Positions 17,406-26,191 of a stretch of 31,187 bases of DNA are shown piece by piece (position 1 is the stretch's first letter; the number at the start of each line of letters is the position of its first letter). Position numbers and translations under genes: made by a program. Source of the DNA: Promethearchaeota archaeon (GTDB lineage Archaea; Asgardarchaeota; Lokiarchaeia; Sigyniarchaeales; SOKP01); the NCBI GenBank assembly GCA_048938005.1, contig JBHLMQ010000017.1, forward strand, positions 20,950-52,136, in the 5' to 3' direction. The notes below the pieces were generated by a model. That model searched no databases, had not been told where the DNA came from, and saw only the letters and a list, made by a program, of their open reading frames with translations.

Positions 17406-17509
17406 CATATAAAATAAGCAAAAACAGATATATAAATGTTTTGGGAAAAAATTAAAATTTTAATTCATTCAAAATGTTAATATATTTTTAATAGACTTTT
17501 ATTAATATC

Positions 17510-18292
17510 ATGCCGATTAAAGGAATAGACCACCAGCGATGTAATCTTTGCCAAGAATGTATTAATGAATGTATTATGAGGAATTTTAAAAAATCTAGGG
17601 AAGAACAACAAATTATTTTCGATAATTCTAAAGATTGCATATTATGTGGTCATTGTATTGCTGTGTGTCCTGAAGATGCAATAATTTATGAAGATATGAA
17701 GGATAGTGCCTTAGAGCTTGAAGAACTGAGTGAAACCATATCATATGAAGCGTTATATGAATTAATAAGGGTTAGAAGGTCAATCAGGCAATATAAAAAT
17801 AAGAAAGTTCCAAAAGAAATAATTGAAAAGATTATGGAATGTGTGAGATATGCAGCTACAGCTTTAAACAGGCGAACCTTAAAATGCCTTATAGTTTCTA
17901 ATAATCAAAAAATTAATGAATTTATAGACACTATTATCGATGCAATAGAGGAAGAAGAAAACCGAGAGATTTATAAAAAAAAGAGAGAAAATGGAATTGA
18001 TCCTTTTTTTCATAATGCTCCTCACCTCTTAATTTTCCATTCGGATAGTAGTTGGGATGCTACGAATGCAACTATCGCTATAACAAATGCAATGTTATGC
18101 GCCCAAACTTTAGATTTAGGTTCCTGCTGGATTGGAGGTGTTCAAAGATTTCTGATGAAGAACAAAGAGATTCAAAAAAAAGTTTTTGGGATAGATGATA
18201 AAATATTTGGAATTATGGTTTTAGGATATCCAGCGGTGAAATATTACCGAGCACCACCCCGTCCTCCATTAGAGATTAATGAAGTATATTAA
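17510..18292 (+). CDS. Nitroreductase with N-terminal 2x[4Fe-4S] ferredoxin domain
   Basis: CNLCQECINEC and CILCGHCIAVCP; RRSIRQY; LGSCWIG; LGYP. Confidence 0.94.
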   Translation: MPIKGIDHQRCNLCQECINECIMRNFKKSREEQQIIFDNSKDCILCGHCIAVCPEDAIIYEDMKDSALELEELSETISYEALYELIRVRRSIRQYKNKKVPKEIIEKIMECVRYAATALNRRTLKCLIVSNNQKINEFIDTIIDAIEEEENREIYKKKRENGIDPFFHNAPHLLIFHSDSSWDATNATIAITNAMLCAQTLDLGSCWIGGVQRFLMKNKEIQKKVFGIDDKIFGIMVLGYPAVKYYRAPPRPPLEINEVY

Positions 18293-18342
18293 TAAAAACA
18301 TTTATATCTCGTTTTAAAATCTCTCTTATTTTATAAAAAAGA

Positions 18343-18374
18343 TCGTGAAATGAAGCTTTCACGAAGAATTTTTT
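18343..18374 (+). terminator. Inverted repeat followed by T-tract (terminator or operator)
   Basis: tcgtgaaa-N6-tttcacga perfect 8-bp stem, then T6. Confidence 0.4.
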
Positions 18375-18544
18375 CCCCTCTTTTGTTATATATCTTTTAT
18401 TTGTGATATTTTCTCTTATCCAATTTAGAAAGGAATCCAATTCGATAAAAATTATCCAAGGAAAAAGATATATTATTTAATTTATAATATTCCTCAAATC
18501 TAATTAATGAGAATATTTCAAAAATATAATATTTCTGATAAAAA

Positions 18545-19342
18545 ATGGAAAAAAATGAGAATAATTTCAGTCAAATTAAAGGTCTATTAGTAGATATTGA
18601 TGGTACTCTTTATTTTAAAGGAAAAGCAATCCCCAGTGCAATTGAGACTGTCTCTAAGCTACGTGAAGCAGGTTTAAGACTTCTTTTTCTCACAAATACA
18701 GATAGCAAATCTCCTAAAACTGTTTTAAAAATCTTAAAAGATTATGGATTTACAATTAGTGAAGATGAGATTTTCACACCAATTATTGCTTTAAAAGAGT
18801 TTTTATCTAAATACACGGACAAAAAATCTTATTTTGTTACAACAGTTGAAGTAGAGAAGGAATTTCAAGGTTTTAGTCAAATTAATGGCTCAGAATTACC
18901 AGATTTTGTAATTATAGGTGATTTTCATGACAATTGGGATATGAATAGACTTAATGAGGCATTTAAATATGTATTAAAAGGTGCTAAACTTCTTGGAATG
19001 CAAGGCAATAGATATTATCTTGACAGTAATGGTGAACCAGTAATAGATACAGGTTCATTTGTACAAATGATTGCTAACGCGGCAAATGTAATTCCTAAAA
19101 TATTTGGAAAACCTTCAAAAGAATACTTTTTACATGCATTAAACAAAATCAATCTTGGTATTGATGATGTTATCGTGATTGGGGATGATCCTGAATCCGA
19201 TATTCAAGGTGCACTTAATGCAGGGATCAAAGGTATTTTAGTAAAAACAGGCAAGGGACAATATTTTGATTCTGCTAAATCAGAAATTGAACCATTTTTA
19301 GTAATTGATTCATTTAGTTCTTTACTAAATCTTCTTTTATGA
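18545..19342 (+). CDS. HAD-IIA hydrolase (LHPP/HDHD2-like)
   Basis: DIDGT motif I, LTN motif II, GKP motif III, IGDDPESDIQGA motif IV, LVKTGK. Confidence 0.93.
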   Translation: MEKNENNFSQIKGLLVDIDGTLYFKGKAIPSAIETVSKLREAGLRLLFLTNTDSKSPKTVLKILKDYGFTISEDEIFTPIIALKEFLSKYTDKKSYFVTTVEVEKEFQGFSQINGSELPDFVIIGDFHDNWDMNRLNEAFKYVLKGAKLLGMQGNRYYLDSNGEPVIDTGSFVQMIANAANVIPKIFGKPSKEYFLHALNKINLGIDDVIVIGDDPESDIQGALNAGIKGILVKTGKGQYFDSAKSEIEPFLVIDSFSSLLNLLL

Positions 19343-19548
19343 TGAGAATTTTTAAGAAATTTAATACTTACAAAAAATGGTGGATAAAGTTAATAACCTA
19401 TAAATTAAACCTTTTAAAACATTAAGAGACCAATTTTTGTTATTCTCTTTTAATAATAGAGTAATCTATTTTAACAAAAAGATTTATATATTCTATTTGG
19501 CGTATTTTTCATAAAAATTAATCTAAAAATAAATGGGATGTTTAATCC

Positions 19549-20553
19549 ATGGCTTTAAAAGAATATTTTGTTCGAGATCTAGTGATTGATGATGAATACG
19601 GGATAATAGACTCAAAAGCTACAATTCAAGATGCTGCGAAAAAGATGAAAGAATTAGGAGTCCCAGACTTAGTAGTAGTTGAAGGTGAGGAACAGAACGT
19701 TCTAGGAGTTATTGCTGATTTTGATATTGTACAAAATGTTGTAGCAGAAGGGAAAGACGTTAAATCTGAGAAGGTAATTTCTACAATGTATAAAATTACT
19801 CCTGTAACGTTAGATACTCCCGTCACTGATGCTTTTACAAGAATGCGTGATTTAAATGTTAATGTTGTACCTGTAATCGAAAATAAAAAACTTATAGGAG
19901 TATGTTCTATTCATGACTGTTGGAGCTTCATTCCTGATCAAAATGTAGATGAAATTGGCCTTATTCCAGTGAGAAATACAAAAGTCGTAGAATTCTGGTT
20001 TGCCAGTGTTTGTGCAATTTTAGGATTTACTTTAGGTATAATTCTACCTCTTGCGGGTATTTTTGGATTTTTTACAGGGAATCAAATAGATCTGCAAGCT
20101 TTGCTTTGGCAAGGACCTATCGGAGGAAATGTAACGTTCACTTTATTCGAGGCAAGGGGAGCAACGTTTATAGTGTCTTTCCTTGATTTGTACACTAAAA
20201 ATGGACCTATATGGCTAGTGATTGATATTTTTAGTATTTTATTGTTGATATCTGGGATTATATCGTTGTTTTCGATAATTTATACTAGTTTTTCTGATAC
20301 ACGAAATTTACAAACAGGTTGGATTATAAAAACTATAATACCTGGATTAGTTGTTTTCTTTATGGTTTTTGAGTGGATCTTATTCGGTATAGCATTTAAT
20401 ATTGCGACTCCACCACCTATTATTGCTATTGATGCAATAGGATTAACAATGTCAATTATTTCAATGATATTATTTTTATTAGCTATCAATCGAGACTATA
20501 TTTTCCGTGGAAAAGAGGAACCAGAAGCTAAAACAAGTGGGGTGTCAGGATAA
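19549..20553 (+). CDS. CBS-pair domain fused to a four-TM membrane domain
   Basis: Two CBS motifs (aa ~10-130: ATIQDAAKKM..LGVIADFDI; TPVTDAFTRM..VPVIE..LIGV), then 4 hydrophobic helices. Confidence 0.88.
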   Translation: MALKEYFVRDLVIDDEYGIIDSKATIQDAAKKMKELGVPDLVVVEGEEQNVLGVIADFDIVQNVVAEGKDVKSEKVISTMYKITPVTLDTPVTDAFTRMRDLNVNVVPVIENKKLIGVCSIHDCWSFIPDQNVDEIGLIPVRNTKVVEFWFASVCAILGFTLGIILPLAGIFGFFTGNQIDLQALLWQGPIGGNVTFTLFEARGATFIVSFLDLYTKNGPIWLVIDIFSILLLISGIISLFSIIYTSFSDTRNLQTGWIIKTIIPGLVVFFMVFEWILFGIAFNIATPPPIIAIDAIGLTMSIISMILFLLAINRDYIFRGKEEPEAKTSGVSG

Positions 20554-20556
20554 AGA

Positions 20557-22023
20557 ATGCCTCGTGGTGGTGGCTTTAGAGGTGGCGGTTTTAGAGGTGG
20601 AGGCTTTAGAGGTGGAGGCTTTAGAGGTGGAGGTTTTAGAGGTGGAGGCTTTAGAGGCGGAGGCTTTAGAGGTGGAAGACCTTTTGGAAGAACTGGCGCT
20701 ACACGAATAGTATCAAGATCTCCAAGAGGACCTTATACACATAGATATTACAGCCCTCATCGTAGATTTTATAGACCATATTGGTGGTATCATCGACCTT
20801 GGTATTGGAGATGGTGGTATTCCCCTTGGTGGGCAGGATATTGGTATCGACCTTGGTATTATAGTCCAGTGTATGTTGGTGGGGGGATATTATTCATGAT
20901 TGTCCTTGCTTTGATAATACTCCCTGCTGCTGGTGTAGCATTCTGGTTTCCTTTTAGCAATGCTGATTCAGGCGGCTATGTAAATTACAGTTCTACTGAA
21001 ACTTTATATCCTAATGATCTTTGGTATGAATCTGAGTATATTGAAAATGGAAAAGATATAACATTTTCTGTCACATCTTCATCAAGTGATATGACATTTG
21101 CTATTTGGGATCATTCTTATAACTCCCTTCCAACAACCGAAGAAAATATAGATATTGTATTTTCAACTCCTATCTTAATTAGTGGGCAATATTGGTATGA
21201 ATGGCTATATTTAAAACCAGATTCTTTAATTGAATATGACTTTAATGCTAGCGGTCCAATTGATTTCTTCATTGCTGATGGAAATGAATATGATATTTGG
21301 TATAACTGGGGTCCTGATCCTTCTTTTTATATACAAGATACTGTTCAAAATAATGGTACTTTTGGAATTAGTGCACCAGATATTTATTATGTTGTATGGT
21401 ATAACGATGGGGTATCTCCAGTTGACGTTGATTATACATTAAATTATACTTCAACATATGTAGTAGATTTTAGTGGCACATATGAGACACAAGAAGGTGT
21501 GAATTCGCACTCAGGTACGTTCCAAGTTAATCATTCTGGAACTTGGTATTTTTTTATCTATTTTATCCCTACAAATACAGAATCAGAATCCATGGGAATT
21601 GAATTTGATGTAACATACGATACAGGGGTAACTTATGTGGACAGATGGATTGGTGTTCAGTGGATTTTAATAATTGTTCTTGTAGTTGTTGTTATTATAA
21701 TAATAGCCGCAGTTGTAGCAAGAAGAGGTCAGAAAAAATTAAAACTTAAAGAACCAACAACACCAGCACCAAAAAAACCATCACCCTACAAAATTACTCC
21801 TTCAGAAGTAGAAGAAAAAGTAATCAATTGTACTCGATGCAATGCTTCAATAAAACCAGATGCTAAATTCTGCCCTAATTGTGGAGGAAAAATAGAAGGA
21901 AGACAAGTGGGTGTTCCTTCAATAACAACTCCCGCTACGGCAAAAACTTGTTCTTTGTGCGGAAGTAAACTTACTGGAACAGAAAGTTACTGTAAATGGT
22001 GTGGAACTAAAATAGAAAAATAA
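20557..22023 (+). CDS. Two-TM membrane protein: RGG repeat, W/Y/R/P-rich segment, GOLD-like extracellular beta domains, C-terminal double zinc ribbon
   Basis: (GGGFR)x7; TM at ~20878-20949 and ~21646-21720; beta-rich acidic region with NxS/T sequons; CTRC/CPNC and CSLC/CKWC. Confidence 0.9.
   Translation: MPRGGGFRGGGFRGGGFRGGGFRGGGFRGGGFRGGGFRGGRPFGRTGATRIVSRSPRGPYTHRYYSPHRRFYRPYWWYHRPWYWRWWYSPWWAGYWYRPWYYSPVYVGGGILFMIVLALIILPAAGVAFWFPFSNADSGGYVNYSSTETLYPNDLWYESEYIENGKDITFSVTSSSSDMTFAIWDHSYNSLPTTEENIDIVFSTPILISGQYWYEWLYLKPDSLIEYDFNASGPIDFFIADGNEYDIWYNWGPDPSFYIQDTVQNNGTFGISAPDIYYVVWYNDGVSPVDVDYTLNYTSTYVVDFSGTYETQEGVNSHSGTFQVNHSGTWYFFIYFIPTNTESESMGIEFDVTYDTGVTYVDRWIGVQWILIIVLVVVVIIIIAAVVARRGQKKLKLKEPTTPAPKKPSPYKITPSEVEEKVINCTRCNASIKPDAKFCPNCGGKIEGRQVGVPSITTPATAKTCSLCGSKLTGTESYCKWCGTKIEK
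20563..20676 (+). repeat. Coding 15-bp tandem repeat (GGY GGN GGY TTT AGA)x7 encoding GGGFR
   Basis: Seven units at 20566-20670 differing only at third codon positions. Confidence 0.97.
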
Positions 22024-22043
22024 TGTAATTCAATATTAAAATC

Positions 22044-22061
22044 TTTTTTCTTTTTTTTTTT
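22044..22061 (+). terminator. Oligo-T terminator of the CBS-4TM / RGG operon
   Basis: T6-C-T11 about 20 nt after the stop at 22023. Confidence 0.7.
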
Positions 22062-22086
22062 AATAATTATAAAGTCAAGAAAGAGA

Positions 22087-22293
22087 TTATTCTACTTCTT
22101 GAGTAGCGTTTGGAGCTTCATGATTCTTGGAAGAAATATAACTACCCTTTACTTCATTAATATCAACAGTCACTACTGTATGACCTAAATGCTTTTTTTC
22201 AAATTTCTTTATTTCTATTTGGTTAACGGGATTACTTGGATGAATAACGACATATGTTCTGCATTTAATACAGGCACGACATCGAACACTCAT
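22087..22293 (-). CDS. Small putative Zn-binding protein (68 aa)
   Basis: ATG 22293: MSVRCRACIKC...FEKKHLGH (CxxC plus HxxH). Confidence 0.8.
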   Translation of the reverse strand: MSVRCRACIKCRTYVVIHPSNPVNQIEIKKFEKKHLGHTVVTVDINEVKGSYISSKNHEAPNATQEVE

Positions 22294-22492
22294 AATTATA
22301 ATCAATGTTTATTTTTCTACTGTTACATATATGATAATTTATATATACGTAGCTGTCCAATTATTAAAAAAATTATGAAAATATTTCAAATTTTTGGTTT
22401 TAATTTAAAATTGTTGTATAATGATATAAGGAAATTAATACTTAATTCTTGAAAATTTTACAACATATATATTACTTTTTTCTTTAATTAGT

Positions 22493-24739
22493 TTAGATTT
22501 CCATCAAACTTGGAATTGTAGAATCAAATATATCTTTCATCTTTTCAATATTAACTTTAAAACTTTGAGATCTTAATCCTCTAATGCTTATTTCTGAATT
22601 ATTAATTAAAACACCTATTTTATTAATTTCAACGTTAAATTGTTTTGAAATTTCTAAAATAGTATCGTAATCGTTAGGATCTGTTTCTATAATAAATCTC
22701 CCCACTGATTCACTAAATAAAAATTCATCATCCCTTAGGGTTTCGTTATAGCTATGTGAAAAGTCTAAATCTGCCCCTAATTTGTGTTTGAAGCACATTT
22801 CAGCAATTGTAATGATAAGTCCACCCTTATTAACATCATGATTTGCTTTCACAAGATTTCTTTTATATAGCTCAAGAAGGAAATCCCAAGTAGCTTGAAT
22901 TTTTGCCTCATCAACTTTAGGAGGCCTTCCCCCTTCAATATTATAAATAACTGAGTGGTATTCTGACCCTCCTAATTCTGCTTTAGTTTCTCCTATAAGA
23001 AAAACATCATCCCCCACATTCTTAAATGGAAGAGTTATTATATTCTCTTCACCTTGAATAAGTCCTACAATCATTATCATAGGTGTAGCCTTAATTGCTG
23101 TTTTTTTAACTTCATCTTCATTATAGAAAGATACATTTCCACCCACTATCGGAATTCTTAAGGATCTACAAAAATCATTCATACCCTCAATAGCCTTAGA
23201 AAAATACCAAAAAGATTCGGGGATTTCAGGATTTCCAAAGTTACAGCAATTTACCATAGCCATCGGTCTTGCTCCATTTGCTATTAAATTTCCACCAACT
23301 TCAACTAATCCCCCTTTAACCCCTTCGTATGGATCTAAAAAACAGTGTTTTGAATTAATACCAACACTAGCAGCTATAAATTTATCTGTACCAATTATTC
23401 GAAGAACACCTGAATCTCCTTCCCCACATTTTACAACTGATCTAATCCCAACCTCATGGTCATATTGTCGATAAATCCATTCTTTACTACAAATATTTTC
23501 TGATGCTATTAATTTATAAATGATTTCATCTAAACCTAAGGATGGTTCAGGTGTTTCTTGAGATAATAAAGTATCTAAATAATTTGGTCTTTTTGCTTCA
23601 CGATTAAAGGTTGGAGATTCAGAAAGAGCTTTTGAAGGGATACTTACAGCAATATTATCTCCATCAAATACATTAAGAACTTTTGAATCATCAGTTCTTC
23701 CAATTACAGCAAAACTCATCTCATATTTCCTAAATATATTGAGAATGATCTCTAATCCTTCAGGTTTAACAATAAAAGCCATCCGTTCCTGTGATTCTGA
23801 AAGCATAATTTCATAAGAGTTCATTCCAGGTTCTCGTGTAAAAACTTTTCTTAAGTTTATCTTTGCTCCAGTATTTCCATCACCAGTTAATTCACTAGTA
23901 GCACACGTCAATCCACCTCCTCCCAAATCTTTTAAACCTCTTACAAATCCAGTCTTTACAGCTTCTAAAGTAGCTTCAATAATCATTTTTTTAGTAAATG
24001 GGTCGCCAATTTGAACTGCAGGTCTATCAGCTTCAGACATTTCAGTTAAAGTACGTGATGCGAATGTTACTCCATGAATTCCATCCCTACCCGTAGATCC
24101 TCCCATTAGGATTACGTAATCACCAGGATTATAAGCTCTACTAGGGGCGTGCTTGAAGTCTTCTATTGTACCCAATCCTATACAAGCCACATTTACTAGG
24201 CAATTACTTTCAAAACTTTCATCAAATTCAACTTCACCGCCTATCGTGGGGATTCCTGTACAATTACCATAATCTGCAATGCCTTTCACTACGTATTTAA
24301 ATAACCATTGTGAATGTGGATTCCCTTTTAAATGACCAAATCTCAAAGGATCTAGTAATGCAATAGGTCGAACACCCATACATAGAATATCTCTTATTAT
24401 ACCACCGATCCCTGTCGCTGCCCCGTGATAAGGTTCAATCGCAGAAGGATGATTATGAGATTCAATTCGAAATGCTAAGGCATAGCCATCTCCTATATCA
24501 ATAACTCCTGCATCTTGGCCAGGACCAGCTAAAACATAGTTATAATTTTTCTCAGCATCTTCAAATAACCTAAGTTTCGGACGTGATGATTTGTAAGAGC
24601 AGTGTTCGCTCCACATAACGTCAAACATGCCTAATTCAGTAATATTTGGCTCTCTATCTAATAATTGTTTAATTTTTTCAAATTCTTCATTTGTCATTTC
24701 CACATCTGCTTCTTCTCCGTTAACAATTACTTTCGTCAT
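22493..24739 (-). CDS. purL: Phosphoribosylformylglycinamidine synthase subunit PurL
   Basis: MWSEHCSYKSS, ESHNHPSAIEP, DLGGGG, LSESQERM, GGNVSFYNE. Confidence 0.98.
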   Translation of the reverse strand: MTKVIVNGEEADVEMTNEEFEKIKQLLDREPNITELGMFDVMWSEHCSYKSSRPKLRLFEDAEKNYNYVLAGPGQDAGVIDIGDGYALAFRIESHNHPSAIEPYHGAATGIGGIIRDILCMGVRPIALLDPLRFGHLKGNPHSQWLFKYVVKGIADYGNCTGIPTIGGEVEFDESFESNCLVNVACIGLGTIEDFKHAPSRAYNPGDYVILMGGSTGRDGIHGVTFASRTLTEMSEADRPAVQIGDPFTKKMIIEATLEAVKTGFVRGLKDLGGGGLTCATSELTGDGNTGAKINLRKVFTREPGMNSYEIMLSESQERMAFIVKPEGLEIILNIFRKYEMSFAVIGRTDDSKVLNVFDGDNIAVSIPSKALSESPTFNREAKRPNYLDTLLSQETPEPSLGLDEIIYKLIASENICSKEWIYRQYDHEVGIRSVVKCGEGDSGVLRIIGTDKFIAASVGINSKHCFLDPYEGVKGGLVEVGGNLIANGARPMAMVNCCNFGNPEIPESFWYFSKAIEGMNDFCRSLRIPIVGGNVSFYNEDEVKKTAIKATPMIMIVGLIQGEENIITLPFKNVGDDVFLIGETKAELGGSEYHSVIYNIEGGRPPKVDEAKIQATWDFLLELYKRNLVKANHDVNKGGLIITIAEMCFKHKLGADLDFSHSYNETLRDDEFLFSESVGRFIIETDPNDYDTILEISKQFNVEINKIGVLINNSEISIRGLRSQSFKVNIEKMKDIFDSTIPSLMEI

Positions 24740-25449
24740 TAAGAAACCCTCCGCTTAATAAATTCTAACATAGATTCAAAAAACAATTTTCCATGAGTTG
24801 TTCTTTTTGGACTCAAAATTGATTCTGAGGCTCGTTCTGGGTGAGGCATTAATCCAATGCAATTTTGCTCTAAGTTACATATTCCTGCAATATTTTCTAG
24901 TGAACCATTAGGATTTGCATCTTCTGTCAACTCTCCTTTTTCAGTAGAGTATCGAAATACAATCTGGTTGTTCTCTTCTAATTCTTTTAGATTATCAGTA
25001 TAATAACGTCCCTCTCCATGAGCGATAGGAATAGCAAGCACATCACCTAAATTCATTTTATTCGTAAAGGCTGTTTTATTGTTTTCTACTTTAAGATTTA
25101 TCCATTTGCAAACAAATTTGAGTGAATCATTCTGTAGTAATGCTCCTGGAAGGAATTGAGCTTCTGTTAAAACCTGAAAACCATTGCAAATTCCTATAAC
25201 AGGCCTTCCATCCTTTAACATTATTTTTGCTTCATCAATTGCAGGGCTATGAGCAGCAATAATTCCTGCTCTCAAATAATCTCCAAACGCAAATCCTCCC
25301 GGTAATACTACACCATCATAATTTGCTTCTTTAAAATGGTTATGCCATATTAAATCAGCTTTTACATTAATCACATCATTTAAAACGTGTATAGTATCTA
25401 AATCGCAATTAGCACCCGGAAATTGGATTACAGCTATTTTAATATTCAT
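24739..25449 (-). CDS. purQ: FGAM synthase glutaminase subunit PurQ
   Basis: FPGANCD, PGGF-x-x-GDYLR, GICNGFQ, MPHPER. Confidence 0.98.
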   Translation of the reverse strand: MNIKIAVIQFPGANCDLDTIHVLNDVINVKADLIWHNHFKEANYDGVVLPGGFAFGDYLRAGIIAAHSPAIDEAKIMLKDGRPVIGICNGFQVLTEAQFLPGALLQNDSLKFVCKWINLKVENNKTAFTNKMNLGDVLAIPIAHGEGRYYTDNLKELEENNQIVFRYSTEKGELTEDANPNGSLENIAGICNLEQNCIGLMPHPERASESILSPKRTTHGKLFFESMLEFIKRRVS

Positions 25450-25715
25450 GATTTCGATACTTTTAAAATAGTTAGATTTTGAGTCACTGGATTAAAAATT
25501 CTTAAGTCATTACACATTTTTTCTACTATTTCCTTGGCTTCATCTTCATCAGTAGCTTTAAGATTAATTCTTAAAAATTGTCCTGAACGGACATTGAAAA
25601 CCATATCATAACCTTTTTTAGCTAAAAGGTCTTTTTGAATAGTGGTACCAACAGGGTCTTTTGCTGCTGGTTTATTCATCAAAGTTATTTCTACTTCAAA
25701 TTCTTGGGGAGCCAT
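25446..25715 (-). CDS. purS: FGAM synthase subunit PurS
   Basis: KP-x-x-KDPVG, MC-x-x-L...NPV; start reassigned to ATG 25715 (89 aa); ATGA overlap with purQ. Confidence 0.93.
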   Translation of the reverse strand: MAPQEFEVEITLMNKPAAKDPVGTTIQKDLLAKKGYDMVFNVRSGQFLRINLKATDEDEAKEIVEKMCNDLRIFNPVTQNLTILKVSKS

Positions 25716-25941
25716 TTGTAAAAAAAAGAAGTTGTATATATTTTTATTAATTCTTATTAACTTAAAAATAATGCTCATCGACAAAAACGACAAGAATTAG
25801 TTTTTCTCGAGTTGGTTTAAGAAATTACATTAATCTAAAACCTAAATTTCTTAGAGAAAAAATTTTCGTTGAAATTAAAATTAATATAACAAAAGTTAGC
25901 GCACACCAAGGAGTAGAAGTTCTTTTAGTACGAGAAATAAA

Positions 25942-26145
25942 TTATATATACCCTATGCTTATAATTATTGCGAGTAGTAGAGCTAGCAGACCGAATAATA
26001 AAGCAAATTTGCTTCTCTTGGGTAGAACAGTTGCTTTGAAATCCTCATTTTTTTCATGTTTATAGCTTTTAATATCAAGTATAAGATAAACAAAACTAAG
26101 CACAAATAATGTAAAATTAATGAATAAAAGAATTAAGTAAAACAT
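25942..26145 (-). CDS. Small two-TM membrane protein
   Basis: Two hydrophobic helices around a charged loop; same strand as the flanking pur genes. Confidence 0.65.
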   Translation of the reverse strand: MFYLILLFINFTLFVLSFVYLILDIKSYKHEKNEDFKATVLPKRSKFALLFGLLALLLAIIISIGYI

Positions 26146-26191
26146 AATACAATAAATTACTCCGAATTATTATTTAAACTTTTCTTAAATG

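Noticed and set aside
20563-20676. 15-bp tandem repeat as a CRISPR array
   Set aside because: No spacers; in-frame coding repeat varying only at wobble positions; no cas genes
20507-20710. 67-aa ORF with (EVEAL)n repeat
   Set aside because: Alternative frame of the GGGFR repeat, overlapping two real genes; the variable bases are synonymous in the GGGFR frame
25716-25793. N-terminal extension of PurS in the ORF track
   Set aside because: Low-complexity AT-rich translation; ATG 25715 gives a normal-length PurS
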